Shown here: positions 48,070 to 61,923 of the stretch, piece after piece
How the letters are laid out: every line of letters starts with the position of its first letter
How positions within the stretch are numbered: position 1 is the stretch's first letter
Source of the DNA: Eledone cirrhosa
Lineage: Eukaryota
Assembly: GCA_964016885.1 (NCBI GenBank)
Contig: OZ024740.1
Span: 302,374,001-302,438,000, forward strand
Length of the DNA: 64,000 nucleotides
Reading direction: 5' to 3'
The notes under the pieces: model-generated
Database searches by the model: none
What the model was told of the DNA's origin: nothing
Seen by the model: only the letters and a program-made list of their open reading frames with translations
Translations under genes and position numbers: made by a program

Positions 48070-48297
48070 TTAATTTATATATATATATATAAAACCAAAG
48101 ATTAATATGGTTCATTGATTACTCAATGAATATTTGTTTTACAATAGATTAAAAGCACTCTACAACTAAAGTTTTCTGGAGTTATTAATATTATTCGAAG
48201 GTACTGAACGAGGTACTTCGAAATATATATAATAAAACATATATTTTGATTATGTGAATGTCTTCATTTATTAATATTCTGAATAATATATATATAT

Positions 48298-51200
48298 AAA
48301 TTATTTTTGAAAAGCATTAGAAATGCGCAACCGGTGAAAACTTAAAACTAAAACAGAATACTAACCAATACTTATTACTAACTTTTACTTATTCCTAATT
48401 AAACTATTTTTCACTGGGAACAATTTGTCAGCATTTTCTTTTCCTTTTACCAATATATCACAACTCGTGTGTTACACCTCTATTCTTTTAAATATCATAT
48501 CCCCACACGAGATACAGAAAATGCCAACAAAAACAGATACAACTCTTATCAACACAAATGAAGAGATTCTACAGGAACTCAAGAAAATTAACACCAACCT
48601 ATCTGTGCTAGTCGACAAACTTGACTCCACAAATGAGGAAACCGTCACCGGATACAAACCCTCCGAAATCGGCGATAAACTTCAAAACCTTTGCGATACT
48701 ATCCAAACTATGTTCACTACTACCAACCCGGGAAAAACCAACGAAGAACCATGTGAGATTGATTCATACAAAATGAAAATTCGAACAATTCCAAAATGGA
48801 ACAAATCCCTCAGAGACAGAAAGTTCTCATTCTGGAAGATGATACAAAATCCCAACAAAGCGGAGATATATGAAAAATGGCTTAACTCAACCCCTCTAAC
48901 TCTCCCCCGTAAAATACAAATAAAGTCCATTCCAAATGAAACCGAACCTCAAAGACACCTTAGGGAAAGAATGGCATTGGAAAAAATGAAGACAGACATT
49001 GAACTTCTTAAATTGAGGGCCCAGACAAATGAGGAAAAAATCCTCCTGGAAATCAACAATAAGACTGAAGGCCCCAAAGTAGAGAAGATCTCTAAATTAT
49101 GGAAAGGGGACTGCAACAGAGAAGAACTGAAATCCCTTCAACGTTGGGAAAAAAGTGCCGCTTGGTTCCTAAACTATGAATCGACTATTTAAACGGATTA
49201 CACCTCCAATAACCCGTTCATAAAAATAGGAAAACCCATAACTGAACCGCACAACAACTAACAAAAGAAGAAGGAAGCACCACACCGAAGATGAACTTCC
49301 CAACCTCGCTTCCATAAGAAGGAACAAAAACCCTAGAAATCATCACCCCCAGAATGACATTTACAACTTTCCCCCTTCAAGGGGACACCATACCAAATCA
49401 CTTAACTACTACGCGGATGCCTCATCATCAAACATAGGGAAAAGATACCACCACCATGATAGATGTAACAACTTCCCCGCTTCAAGGGGACAGCAAGGTA
49501 ATTTCCATTTTCTCAACTCTCGCTTCCACAATACACAACAAACCCACACCACACGATACAACCAACAACGTAGGCCACCTATAACACCACAATCCGATAT
49601 GGCACATAGAAACACACATCCGTACTCGCAATACAGGAACACCCATTCAATCTACAACCACGAACCCGAACCACATTTTACAACAACAAGGAATATAACA
49701 AACACAGGAGACCACTTAACATCAGCAGACAACCCCTCTACCCCAACCATTTTTTAGACACAGCACACAGATACAGGCAAACAAAATAACACAAGACAGG
49801 GAGAAGAAACCGAGAGTAATAAAAAATTATCAATCTAACTAGTGTAGAACCAACACCCAACCTTATCAACTTACCCTCCAAAGGTCTTAAATTCACACCG
49901 ACCCCACTACGTCCTAACTACTATGAAATGAAGGAAGACATCACAGACTTCTGTAGAAAGTTACGACTAAGTGAAGAACTATTCGACCAGTACAATGAGG
50001 ATGAATCATTAGCCAGAAATAGAAGCAACTACACCCCATCAAAAGGTAGAAATAAAATGCTGGACGAATTCTGTGAACACATCACAAACTTCCCTTACCA
50101 ACACTTGCACAGATAAAAACACAAGTCAAACCTCAACAAGAAAGAATGGGAAGAATTAAATAGATTAAAAACCGACAGAACCATTACAATTAAAGAGGCT
50201 GATAAAGGGAGTACAGTAGTCCTAATGGAGACAGAATTCTATATCAACTTAGCGCTCTCCACCTTGGAAAACGAAACATACTACGAAAAGGCTGAACACT
50301 ACATTCAACAGAAAATTATGAGAAACCTAAAAACTCTGATCAACCAATACGAAGAAGGACTCACTAACAAGGAATTTAGCTTCATCACAGACTTCACAAG
50401 TAAATCCAGCCTTTTCTACGGTATCCCTAAAGTACATAAAAGCGAATTAATAAGTAAGGCATGCAAGGAAGCCACAATGATCTCAAATTAAGACCTATAA
50501 TAGCAGGCCCCGCTTGCGAAACCCACCGCCTTAGCAACTTCATTGATACGCTTCTCAAGCCTTTTCTCAAACACATCAAAAGCTATATAAGGGACGACCT
50601 AGATATGCTCAATGACCTCCCTAATATGCCACTTTCTGAACAAACCCTACTAGTGACGTTCGATGTAGTCAACCTATACTCCAACGCCCCCACAACCTAG
50701 GAATAGAAGCTATCCAATTCTAGCTGGATAATTACCACAATGAACTCCCACAACGCATGAAAAAAGAATTCGTGATAGAGGGACTCAAATTTATCTTGGA
50801 GAACAATTCTTTGTTTTCAATAACAAATCCTACAGGCAGAAATCTGGGACCGCTATGGGAACGAAAACAGCTCCCACTTATGCCAACCTAGTCACGGGAT
50901 ACCTAGAAATCACCCTCTACACTAAATTACTAAACAAATTTGGAAATACTCTCCACTTACACATAGAAAATAACTGGAAGCGATATCTAGATGACTGCTT
51001 CATCATTTGGCACGAAGACATCGAGAAACTTAAAGAATTTCATACCCTTATAAATAGGCTCAACACGAATATTAACTCTACGATGGAATACAGCCATCAA
51101 CAACTCCCCTTCCTCGACATCCTCATTAAGATTCATAACAAAAAAATAGAAACAAACATATACTACAAGCTCACAGACTCCAAGCAGTATCTTCCTTTCA

Positions 51201-52515
51201 ACTCTTGCTACCCTAGACACGTTCAAATTAATATTCCCTACAACTTAGCCAAGAGAATCTGTACTATAGTCTCCAATAAAAACACCTGTTACCTATGGCT
51301 ACAAGAACTAAAGGACACACTCATAGGCAGGGACTTCCCTGCATCACTAATTGACAATGAAATCCAACGTGCCCTAAAACTCAGTACCCAGGACCTTAGA
51401 CACCCTAAAGTAAATCAACCGAAACTAAAATCTCTTCCATACATCTCCACACACAACCCCTCAACAATGAGGCCTTTGACACCATCCTCCAGAACATCCC
51501 TGTGTTAAAAAAGGACCATAGAATGAACCAAATCCTTCGAACACACGATATCATAAAGAGCAAAAGACAATCTAAGTCAATGAAAAACATCCTAACACAT
51601 GCCAAAGTACTGCCAACCACAACAACGAAACCCACAGTAAAAAAATGCGATAGACCCAACTGTGGCATATGCATCAACCTAATAGAGGGTTCGGAATTCT
51701 ATTTCAAAGGACAACGTTTTATAGTAAAACACAATTTCACATGCGTATCAGAAAATCTAATATATGTATTAACTTGCTCAGGTTGTCGAGAACAATACAT
51801 ATGCCAGACCAAAAACAGCCTCCACCAACGCATGACTGTCCATAGATCCCAAATTAAAATACTGGAATACAGGAAAATACGACTGAGTGAACACATTAAT
51901 ACCTGTGCCGCCCAAAATCCTCCCAATTTTAGAATCTTTCCCTTCTACAAATTTAAAGATAATGCCACCCACACCCAGCGCATCAGCAAGGAATCTCACT
52001 TTATTAACAAATACGGACCCCGTCTAAACACTTCTCCCTAAGACGAACCCACAACATACACACGTCAACATACATACATACAGCAGCATACATCCTACAT
52101 ACATCTCCACATATAAACACAATGACATACGTAAACACACATGTTCTATGGTGCAACACATATATACACAAATTTGCATACCTTTTGATGTCTATAGATA
52201 TAAACGTGCCGACATATACACATACATATACCCACACATGCATCGCACACTGATGGGCACATACATATTTGTACACAAGTATTCCAATACGGCAGGGCCT
52301 AATGGAATCCCCTTGCAGTACGTACAATCTGGACACACTCACACACACCTTGGTGTTATGACAATACTATATATCATTTCACACCTTTTATTATTAATGT
52401 TTTTGATGTTCTCTTGAGAGAATCGTTTTTGCTGAAAATATCGAATAATGTACACCATTTTTACCAGTATCGCAAAAATACTGGTCCACCCACACACACA
52501 CATACACACATATAT

Positions 52516-52546
<31 letters not shown>

Positions 52547-52572
52547 TACACACGCGTACACTAACATACAAA

Positions 52573-52645
<73 letters not shown>

Positions 52646-52752
52646 CTCCGTATAAGACAAAAGCTGAAAAATATCTTTCAACATGTTAAAACATCCCCCA
52701 CACACTCACAGACACATTCCTACTGACCATCCCTCTACCACGAATTACTCTG

Positions 52753-52788
<36 letters not shown>

Positions 52789-53323
52789 TTGTCTTAATAG
52801 GCACCTGAACTGTTGACCTTTCAACATGACTGCAATTCACACACACATCCCTACTGACAATTATCACAACAATGAACCTCTTTATTACACACACACACAC
52901 ATATTTGTCTTAAAAGACTTATTTTTCAGTGATTTCTCAATCAGGCAAAAAAGGACACTCTTCGACAAACATACATTTGGCGCAAAATCAATTTTTAACA
53001 TTCACGTAACCTCTACCGACTAATCAAAATTGTTTCGACCACCAGAATTTTTGCAACACGAATTGGCGCGAAACTTATTTTAATACCTCTGGAGCCACTA
53101 TTTTCACATAAAACAGGTAGAATTTCCAAAGCTAATCAGATTAGAGCAAACATCACGGGCGCTCTACCTCAAAATTATTTTTGAAAAGCATTAGAAATGC
53201 GCAACCGGTAAAAACTTAAAACTAAAACTGAATACTAACCAATACTTATTACTAATTTTTACTTATTCCTAATTAAACTATTTTTCACTGGGAACAATTT
53301 GTCAGCATTTTCTTTTCCTTTTA

Positions 53324-53330
<7 letters not shown>
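48298..53330 (+). mobile_element. Penelope-like element (Neptune-type), near full-length and decayed
   Basis: ~160-bp terminal direct repeats (48298-48457 and 53172-53331), PLE RT and GIY-YIG domains with a Cys-rich linker, and (TA)n on both sides. Confidence 0.93.
48521..52041 (+). pseudogene. PLE polyprotein (RT plus GIY-YIG endonuclease), disrupted
   Basis: IKEADKGS, FYGIPKVHK, LRPIIAGP, FDVVNLYSN, GTAMGTKTAPTYANL, WKRYLDDCF, LPFLD; KCDRPNCGIC, FTCVSENLIYVLTCSGCREQYICQT..L.QRMTVH. Several stops and frameshifts. Confidence 0.92.
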
Positions 53331-53370
<40 letters not shown>

Positions 53371-53373
<3 letters not shown>

Positions 53374-53843
53374 AATATATATAATATGAGTGTTTGTGGT
53401 TTTACTCTAAAATACATGACAACCTGTTTAATGATCTTATAGGGCAGATAATAGGAGTAAAGTTATTGATTAAAATATAATTGAGTTGATATTATTCCGG
53501 ATTATTAACCACATAATTACAGTATATATTTCTATAAGTTATAACTTTAAATCGTTTTCCTTGCCGAATCCACTTTTAGTGTCTGATTCCTTGATATGCA
53601 TGTGGCTCTAATATAGATTCGATTTGGGGCAGTTTATTATTAATCAAATGGTAGTATCTGATCCTCCTGTATTTTCTTTTATCAAAAGCCCGAAACGTTT
53701 CGTTTATATATATACAAGTATATATAATATATGTGTGTATGAGTGTTTGTGGTTTACTCTAAAATGCATTACAACCTGTTTAATGATCTTATAGGGCAGA
53801 TAATAGGAGTAAAGTTATTGATTAAAATATAATTGAGTTGATA
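53371..53843. repeat. right arm of the inverted repeat plus a partial tandem copy (~340-bp unit)
   Basis: 53371-53624 is inverted relative to 43748-44010, and 53713-53843 repeats the start of the unit. Confidence 0.9.
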
Positions 53844-56800
53844 ATGTCTTTAAGATGTTTTAAAATTTAACATCCCAAGAAAAGTTTGAACTTCGTCCGA
53901 ATTATCATGTATCATATATATTCGTATGAGGATGTAACATCTAGAGCAGGAGAGTAACTCAATGATATGTCTATTCCAAATGAACAGCAGAGGAGAAATA
54001 TGGCCTACCAATTATTCAAAAATTGTAGAAGACAAATATTTGAATTAGAAAGGCTGAAGTATGTTACTAGTACTGATCCGTTATACGAATTACGTAAAGA
54101 AAAGAAAATGATTTAATTTCTATCGAGAATATATTTATACAACATTCCCTCATGAATACACAATATACACAATACGTAATTCCAATCGCGCACACCTACA
54201 CACACATATCAACACACACATGCCCTGGCACAGAAAACACAGACACACGCATGTGTAGACATACACACATGCATTCAAACATGTATATATACATACATAC
54301 ACACATATATGTGTGTATGTGGATGTCTGTGTGTGTGAGGCATGTGAAGGGTAAGATCTGTAATTCAGGACATGTATACGTCCTCTGATGCGGCTTATAT
54401 TTAGATTATAAATATATACATGAGATATGTTGGCAAAAAGGAATTCCTAGAGGATTGATGATTATGAAGAAGTTAATGAAGAATTTGTGTGTAAAGAAAC
54501 TATAAGGGAGAAGAGAAAAAGAGACAGGAATGGGTTGAATAGAGGTTGTATGCAGCTAGCTAGACATGAATTGATTTATAGTCCTGTCCTATACTTTCTT
54601 TTGCGACTTGTTTTTATCTTTTTTTTTATATTTCCATCATTGTATAACTTCTATTTCTAAAATATAGTTGACATATATTTTTGGCTGAAGAGAATTGAAC
54701 AGCAATATATGATTTCAGCGAATCTTAAAAATAGAAAAGTCAAGTAATTATATCCTATGATATGCAATTTGAAAATATAGGTTTATTTTCATTTAAAAAA
54801 ACAATCCTCGTTCAAATTCTCAAATTCTATTATAAGTAAGATAATACGCCTGTCAGTCAGCATATGTGCTGTTCTAGTGATGAAAGTTGGGCAACACCCA
54901 AATGGCGTTGTTTCTAAAGTAGCGTAGGATTTTTGTGGGCAAAAGCACAGTTCTATAAGTAAACGACTCCATTGTATGTGTTTAATGTCTTACTTCATCA
55001 GTAAAGGATGAGGGCTTAAACAGTTTCTGAAGATAACGCAAAATGCTAGTCTTTTGAATGCAGTTCTAACTATAAGTGAGATCGCCATCTAATAAAATAG
55101 GAGCTGAATCGCTTATATAGAGGGGTTTTATCCAACTAGAGATTTATTCAGCAATTTGAAGTTAATATACAATGACACAATCTATTGTCAATTATCAGAT
55201 TAAGTCTGGACACTGGACACCAAAGAGATATCCGATTGCCTCAATATGTTGTTTGATAATATTGACCTGTTTATACTAAATGAGAGTATTATATCTATCA
55301 ATTAGAGCTTTAATTGGAGGAAGATGAATTTAGAACAATACTTGAACATGTTTGATGCATGATGTTAACATTATATGAGATACATTTATGTGGGAAACGA
55401 CATTACTAAATAATAGTTAGACTTCACAACTCATTATATTTACAGACCTGCACGTAATATAACAATTGCCAGCTTTTCAAAAGGATTGAAATGCCTTCCG
55501 CAGCACTGAGAGAGTTTGTTGTAATTCGCAGTATTTATAACTGCCTTCTCATGAGAACGATATCCTATTGAGTTTCTACGTTCATGCCGCTTCTAAAATA
55601 ATTTGTAGGTTTGAAATATCAAAATTATTAGACAGATGTAAGGTATAAAAGGAGCTGATAACATTCTTCTGTGTAACAATGTGTACGGATAAAACAGTAA
55701 TAATACACCGATTGCTTTAATGTGATCCTCACCTGACATAGTTTAATTAATATCATTACTCAAGTATCTTAATGAACTGAATTATCTGGGAATATATGAG
55801 ATACAAATCTAGATTTGTATCTCTTTGGAGAATTATTATTGATTCGTTGATCTCTTTTATAGAACATCATATTTAAGTCCCCATCCTAACAGAGCCGTCA
55901 CAATTGTGTTACATGATATTATTTATGTATGACAACGCAGTACGTGATTTAATGAAGGCAGCGATAAGGAAATACTTTCGGAAAAACTGTTAAATTATTT
56001 TGAGGGAACAATGGAACATACATAAAAACAATTATAGGAAATGAAGGTTCACAATTTAAACAATGCTTCGGTTTATAACTTTAATTGTAATCACTGCAAC
56101 ATATATTTGTTAGATTGATGGTAAACTATAGAGATCCATTATGTCTAGAATACATCTCCCCGAAAATTCTTTACAATTTCGTAGCAGTTCGGACTAATAT
56201 GTCATATCATTGTGATGGCAAATGTTTAAGTCTAATACATAGGACATTGGCCCTCCGGACAACAAAAGAGCGGACTGGTTCGTAAAATAAACATTTTATG
56301 TTCAAACTTCTTGAAGCATAGTACTAGAAAATTATTGAGGAAAATACCAATCGGAAATTCGTATCAGAAACATATACAAAAAGAGAAAAAAGTGAAAAAG
56401 TTGAAAATAAATCTTAAGAATAAGCAAGTTATAAAATTCCGTTTCAATGTAATTCAATACGGAATTTTCTTTGTGATTATTTACCCTACCGAAATACCTG
56501 AATCCCACTCTTCTCATTCGAATAAACAACACATTAGACAATATAATCCTTAATGTACATAGAGAGAGAGAGAGAGAGATGAGATAAAATAGCCATGTGA
56601 GAGAGAGAAAGTAGCCATCTGTGAAACTCCTTTGATCATAGGTCTGGTTGATCAGTGAAGAGCCGAGTCTAAACAACAATAACTTGGCTTAAAATATATA
56701 CAGTTAATTATATCTCATCATACCTGGACTAAGTGTTACATATAAATTCTCGTACTATGAATTCATCTTTAACCCTCGTATTCCGAATGTTGGCAATTAA

Positions 56801-57585
56801 ATATCACATAATTAATGGTATTTTTACTCTATACTGATGAGATTGGAATGATGAGATTTATGGCCATTTAATTCAGTTAATCATTATAGTTTCTTGTTGG
56901 CATCTATCAAATTTTAGTTTAACTGAAGCCATTCTTCCACTGAGTGATGATAGAAGTAAAATATTTTGCATTGATAAATGGAAAAAAAACATGATAAGAT
57001 CTCATATTAACAAAGGTGGCAGCTGTCCCCAAAGACATAGCGATAAAATTAGAGGATTTTCCACTTTATTTCATGATATTAAATTTTCCTGGAACGGCAA
57101 TTGGCGATTATCAGAAATAATACAGGCATGAATGAAATATTCTATAATGTTCAAGTTCGCCACTTTATATTCTGAAAGGAAATATATCCTGTTCCGTCAT
57201 CTATACCCCCTTAATCAATAAATTGAGGAACTGTTATCGTTCTTAGTTGCAATATATATCGTATTTGGGTTTAATGAATAATGAATAATCTGCAGTGAAG
57301 AAAATGTCTACTACTTAACTATTCTGCTCGGATCAAGCTCAGATCATATACATTTATCTGGCTCGCGTGCTTAGAAAGATACATACGAAAAATCTAGACA
57401 TAGTTTAACACAGGCATACACATACACCCAAGCATACATACGCACACACACACACACAGAAAGATAAACATACACTCACACTCACACGCATATGTTTATA
57501 TATATTGGGTCGTCAAGTATGAATTTTGGAGAGGTTTTTTGGAGAAAAACAAATATCTACAAATTCCATATTTGACGACCCAATA

Positions 57586-57720
57586 GATAGAGAGAGAGAC
57601 AGAGAGAGGGGGAGAAAGAGAGAGAGACAGAGAAAGAGAAAGCGAAAGAGAGAGAAAAAAATGAAAGAGAAAGGGAGAGAGAGAGAGAAAAAAATGAAAG
57701 AGAAAGAGAGAAAGAGAGAG
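57586..57720. repeat. GA-rich purine tract
   Basis: Direct reading of the sequence. Confidence 0.9.
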
Positions 57721-58489
57721 TGGTGAAAAGCCGGAAGGTTATATCGAGTAATTCACCTCTGAAATCGAAGAGCTTATCCACCGAATTTAATTGACCTCGC
57801 TCCTTTCGAAGTGCACCTCGCTAATGTTACTTTCCGCAAACACAGTAACCCTTTCCAAAATAAATCTAGCAGTGATATTTAAAAATGTAGGTCTTCCGAT
57901 ATATGTATATATACACATATACATATAATTCTTCATGTTATTTGTTTGGAACGTAAAGAACCATGATTAAAGGAAGACACTCAGTAGAGTATAGAATTGA
58001 TATATTTATCTCTAGGTCTATTTCTGTATCATTAAATATTCATTTCAGTCGTATTCGTATAGAAAGAACTAGAAGTGACCCTATAATCTTTTCTTGATAT
58101 AATATGCATATGTGAGTTTGGACGAGTCGACCAGTGAATTTGGATATATATATCTAAAATTATAGATACACGTTCAGAAGTGTGTGTATATATATATTCC
58201 TTTCCAATTAACATATTTCATCCAGTTTAAAGCTCTAAAAATACCCAGGTTGAAGCTTTTTATTTTCTTGTTATTAACGTAGACATCATCACTTTGTAAC
58301 CGTAACTGGACTTTTAATGAGAGACAGGCTGTTCATAACAAAAGTCTGAAGTCTATGTTTAAAGTAGGTCTTAAGCCAGGAGGCTCGCCAGACCTGTGCT
58401 TATCCCGGCTTCGTTGCGTGAAAATACTATTAGTACAAGACTCCTCACCGAACATGGCGTCAGTCCTTTGCAGTGTTAAACCCTTAGCT

Positions 58490-58636
58490 AATGCTGGTAC
58501 TCATTTTAAGCTGATAATACTGGAACAACGTGAAATGAAGTATTTTGCTCAAGAACACAACACTCAACCCAGCACAGGAATCGACTCGTGACATTTTTAA
58601 CGTACGTCCAGACCCCTTATCAATAAGCCATGCGCA
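58490..58636 (-). mobile_element. degenerate SINE, second family
   Basis: Similar to 43400-43523 (CAACGTGAAAT...GCTCAAG.ACA.AAC...CAGGAATCGA...AGCCA.GCGC). Confidence 0.65.
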
Positions 58637-59029
58637 TTTACGAATAACAAAAATAGTCGTAAAATAATTTCAAGGATATAGCGCCTACTTATACATTTTT
58701 GATAATTATTATCGCTTTAAAATAAATCATTTAATTTCTTTTTTTTTTTTGTGTGTACTTGAAACCAAAAAGAATATTCGGTATTTCATTTTTGTATTTT
58801 CCGAAATGTTTGGTTCAATATATAATAGAATAACAGCAGAATTTCTTTTCTTTTTCTTTTCTGTGTTTTCATTCATAGAAGATCCGAGACACTATATTCA
58901 TTGCAACCAAACAAACGCAACAGTTATTGATTGCAGAGAACTGGTGTCATGTATTGTAAGAGAATAGCAGTAATTAGAGACAAGTTTAGTGATTTGTCTA
59001 TATTATATTTAATATTTTGCTACTATTTT

Positions 59030-59550
59030 ATTTAGATGAAGACTATGGTATCCGTGCCAACCCTTACATATAGTCATGAATACGATAACGAATACAAGCG
59101 GTCGAATTTGGGTTCCTCAACAGTAACGTTACTCAACAGCGTGCGTATTTCGGAGATTAGAAAATCACTCGAGGTAGAGTCACTACTTCTCCGATTTGAG
59201 AGATCACAGCCCCGATACTATGGACATGTTGGTTAGAATGTTTCAGGAAAGAATCGTTGGACAGATTGTACGAGCAAAACCGACCGACAGGAGACCCAGG
59301 AGTAGACCTCGAGTGAGATGGTTGGATAACATCGATGAGACCAGCTGGTGACGCTTGGGGATCCAGCCACATCAGTTGGAGACAGTTGCTTCTGACAGGA
59401 CCCACTGGAACGAGTTTTAGAGGGCTCTACCCCCATATACCTCTCATGAATAAGGTGGTGGTGGCGGCGGCGAAGAAGTAGAAGAAGAAGAAGAAGAAAA
59501 AGAAAAAGAAAAAGAAAAAGAAAAAGAAAAAAAAGAAGAAGAAGAAGAAT
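59030..59550 (+). mobile_element. 3' fragment of an RTE-clade LINE with purine-repeat tail
   Basis: VPTLTYSHE...EIRKSLEVESLLLRFERSQPRYYGHV.RM...RRPRSRPRVRWLDNI, followed by (GAA)n/(GAAAAA)n. Confidence 0.8.
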
Positions 59551-59651
59551 AAGGGCCAAAATCAAATACATATTTTCCTTTCTATTTCTTTATATCAATA
59601 CTTTATATCCGGTTACTCCATCTTCAGTGGTTTGAGTTAATATAAAATATA

Positions 59652-59808
59652 ATTGTTTCTACTTTTGACACAAGGCCAGCAATTACCCAGTAATATTACT
59701 GGTACTTTATTTTATCGACCCCGTAAGGATGAAAGGCAAAGTTAACCTCGGCGGGATTTGAACTCAGGCCGTAAAGAGCCGTAATTATGTTGGAAAGCAT
59801 GTCCGACC
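59652..59808 (-). mobile_element. 5'-truncated SINE with 20-bp TSD
   Basis: GAGTTAATATAAAATATAAT at 59634-59653 and 59809-59828. Confidence 0.9.
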
Positions 59809-61187
59809 GAGTTAATATAAAATATAATATTGCCGAATTTTATAGCTAGCATATTTTTCTGCTACATGTATTTGTTGCTGATAGAAGAGATAAATCGCAT
59901 TACAGGTATTTACATGGTCCTTCACACTATCCACAATCACTTCACATGTTTATTTTTATATTGCGTAAGGTATGAAGTCTCATTGGAAATAATAGATAGA
60001 ATGCTAGATACTAGATATTTTTCAGTCAATTCTCCTGTGTTAATATCATTTGGATGGTTGGAAATAGATACATTTGTTAAGTAGCGTGTGTGCCGCTATA
60101 TTTTATATCCAACCATGGGTTATTGAAAGACAGAATATATCAGCAACATAGCGTTATGAGAGTCAATCATTAAAGTAAATCTTCACTACCAGCATTTCCG
60201 ATTCAGTTAGGTTGTCTCATATCTAACTGGAGAAACTCACAGTAAACTATCTCACTTATCTCCTTAAGTGACAATAAATCTACTTCTATTCCAACAATAT
60301 TTCTATGTTATATCGATTTAAGGGAGCTTCTACTTTCTTGTTTTCCAGAACTGGATATTTCATTGATATTCTCTTACTATTATATAGTGGGTTCATATTA
60401 CTGATGCACTGCCAAAATTCTATGTATGTTATTTGCGTCATAAGCGTTTGAATATAAGTTTGAAAAATGAGACAACAGAGAGGAATTCTAGCTAGATCCT
60501 GTGAACAAAATCTCCCTACGGTTTAAATACAAAAGTCTCTGATAATGCCAGGAGACGTGCACCCAGGAGGCATGATCTGGATATGGCTCGAATCCCTTAG
60601 AGTGTAAGAAGTTATGGTCTGAAACACTTGCTTGTGGTCGGGGTTCTTCTCTGAAGACCTGCTGTCAAGTTCTCCTAAAGTTTTTTACAAATTCTGTATG
60701 CTTACTGAAGCTAGAAAATGGGAGTAAATATATGAATGTCCACCAAATGGGGATGGTTCCTATAACGTAAGGGTTGTGATCTAGACCAGAAGCTAGAGCA
60801 AATACTAAACTAGAGGTCGGAGTATAATACAACCATCTAAATGTTTAATAACAAACCACATGTGTTTAAGTTCGGTATGTATCCTCCTCGTTTTAAGTGG
60901 TTAATACAATTTAACAACAAATGTAAGAAAACAAATTCAGAAACTACCTGACAGTATTACTTTAAGACTACAACCACTAGCAGTATATAATGAACTAAAA
61001 TTTAAGAGCTTTTGTACCACCTTTTAGTACTTACTAATCGGCTGATAGGTTCCTTGTTCATAAAGTCTTTATTTGAGGCTCTTCATAATAACATAATTTT
61101 AAGCCAAATTAGCTGATATATATTTGTTTGCATAATTTTCTGAGTATCAACTAATTATTGTACTGTATCGGTTTGTGAAATCTCTGT

Positions 61188-61312
61188 ATATTATTTTATA
61201 TAGTTAAATATTATTTTATATAGTTAAATATTATTTTATATAGTTAAATATTATTTTATATAGTTAAATATTATTTTATATAGTTAAATATTATTTTATA
61301 TAGTTAAATATT
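61188..61312. repeat. 20-bp minisatellite, ~6 copies
   Basis: (ATATTATTTTATATAGTTAA)n. Confidence 0.95.
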
Positions 61313-61604
61313 TTTTTTTTTTAATACAGATACGTTTGTGAATAAAGACTATATTGAGACGGGATGCTATTCGTTGACAGCGTTCTAGCTTCAGTCCCCA
61401 CATTTCCTCCACAATTGCATTGGCAACGTACATAACCAATTTCATATGTATTAATAGTTGTACAAGGCAATAGAAAAGATAAAAGAAAAGTCGTTCTGAA
61501 TATATCATAGTAGATGACATTAAGCTTGTTTCATAGCATACATTTAGGGTATGACTTCTTGTCTCATTTTATATGTAGACACCAATCGCCAATAAATATA
61601 GTTA

Positions 61605-61843
61605 CACACACACGCAAATATACACACCTGGGCACGCACACACGCACATACATACACATACCCACATATATATACATATATATTCATTTATATATATACA
61701 TGTATATATATATATATATATATACATATATATATACATATGTATCAATAAATAAATATATATATATATATATATATACATATATAAATATATATATTTA
61801 TTGATACATATGTATATATATATGTATATATATATGTGTATGT

Positions 61844-61920
<77 letters not shown>
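61605..61920. repeat. compound (CA)/(TA)/(CT) microsatellite
   Basis: Direct reading of the sequence. Confidence 0.9.

Positions 61921-61923
<3 letters not shown>

Noticed and set aside
56834-56870. CTGATGA hammerhead core (also CTGAAGA at 54685, 55026 and 60651)
   Set aside because: No stem II, GAAA and stem I arrangement follows.
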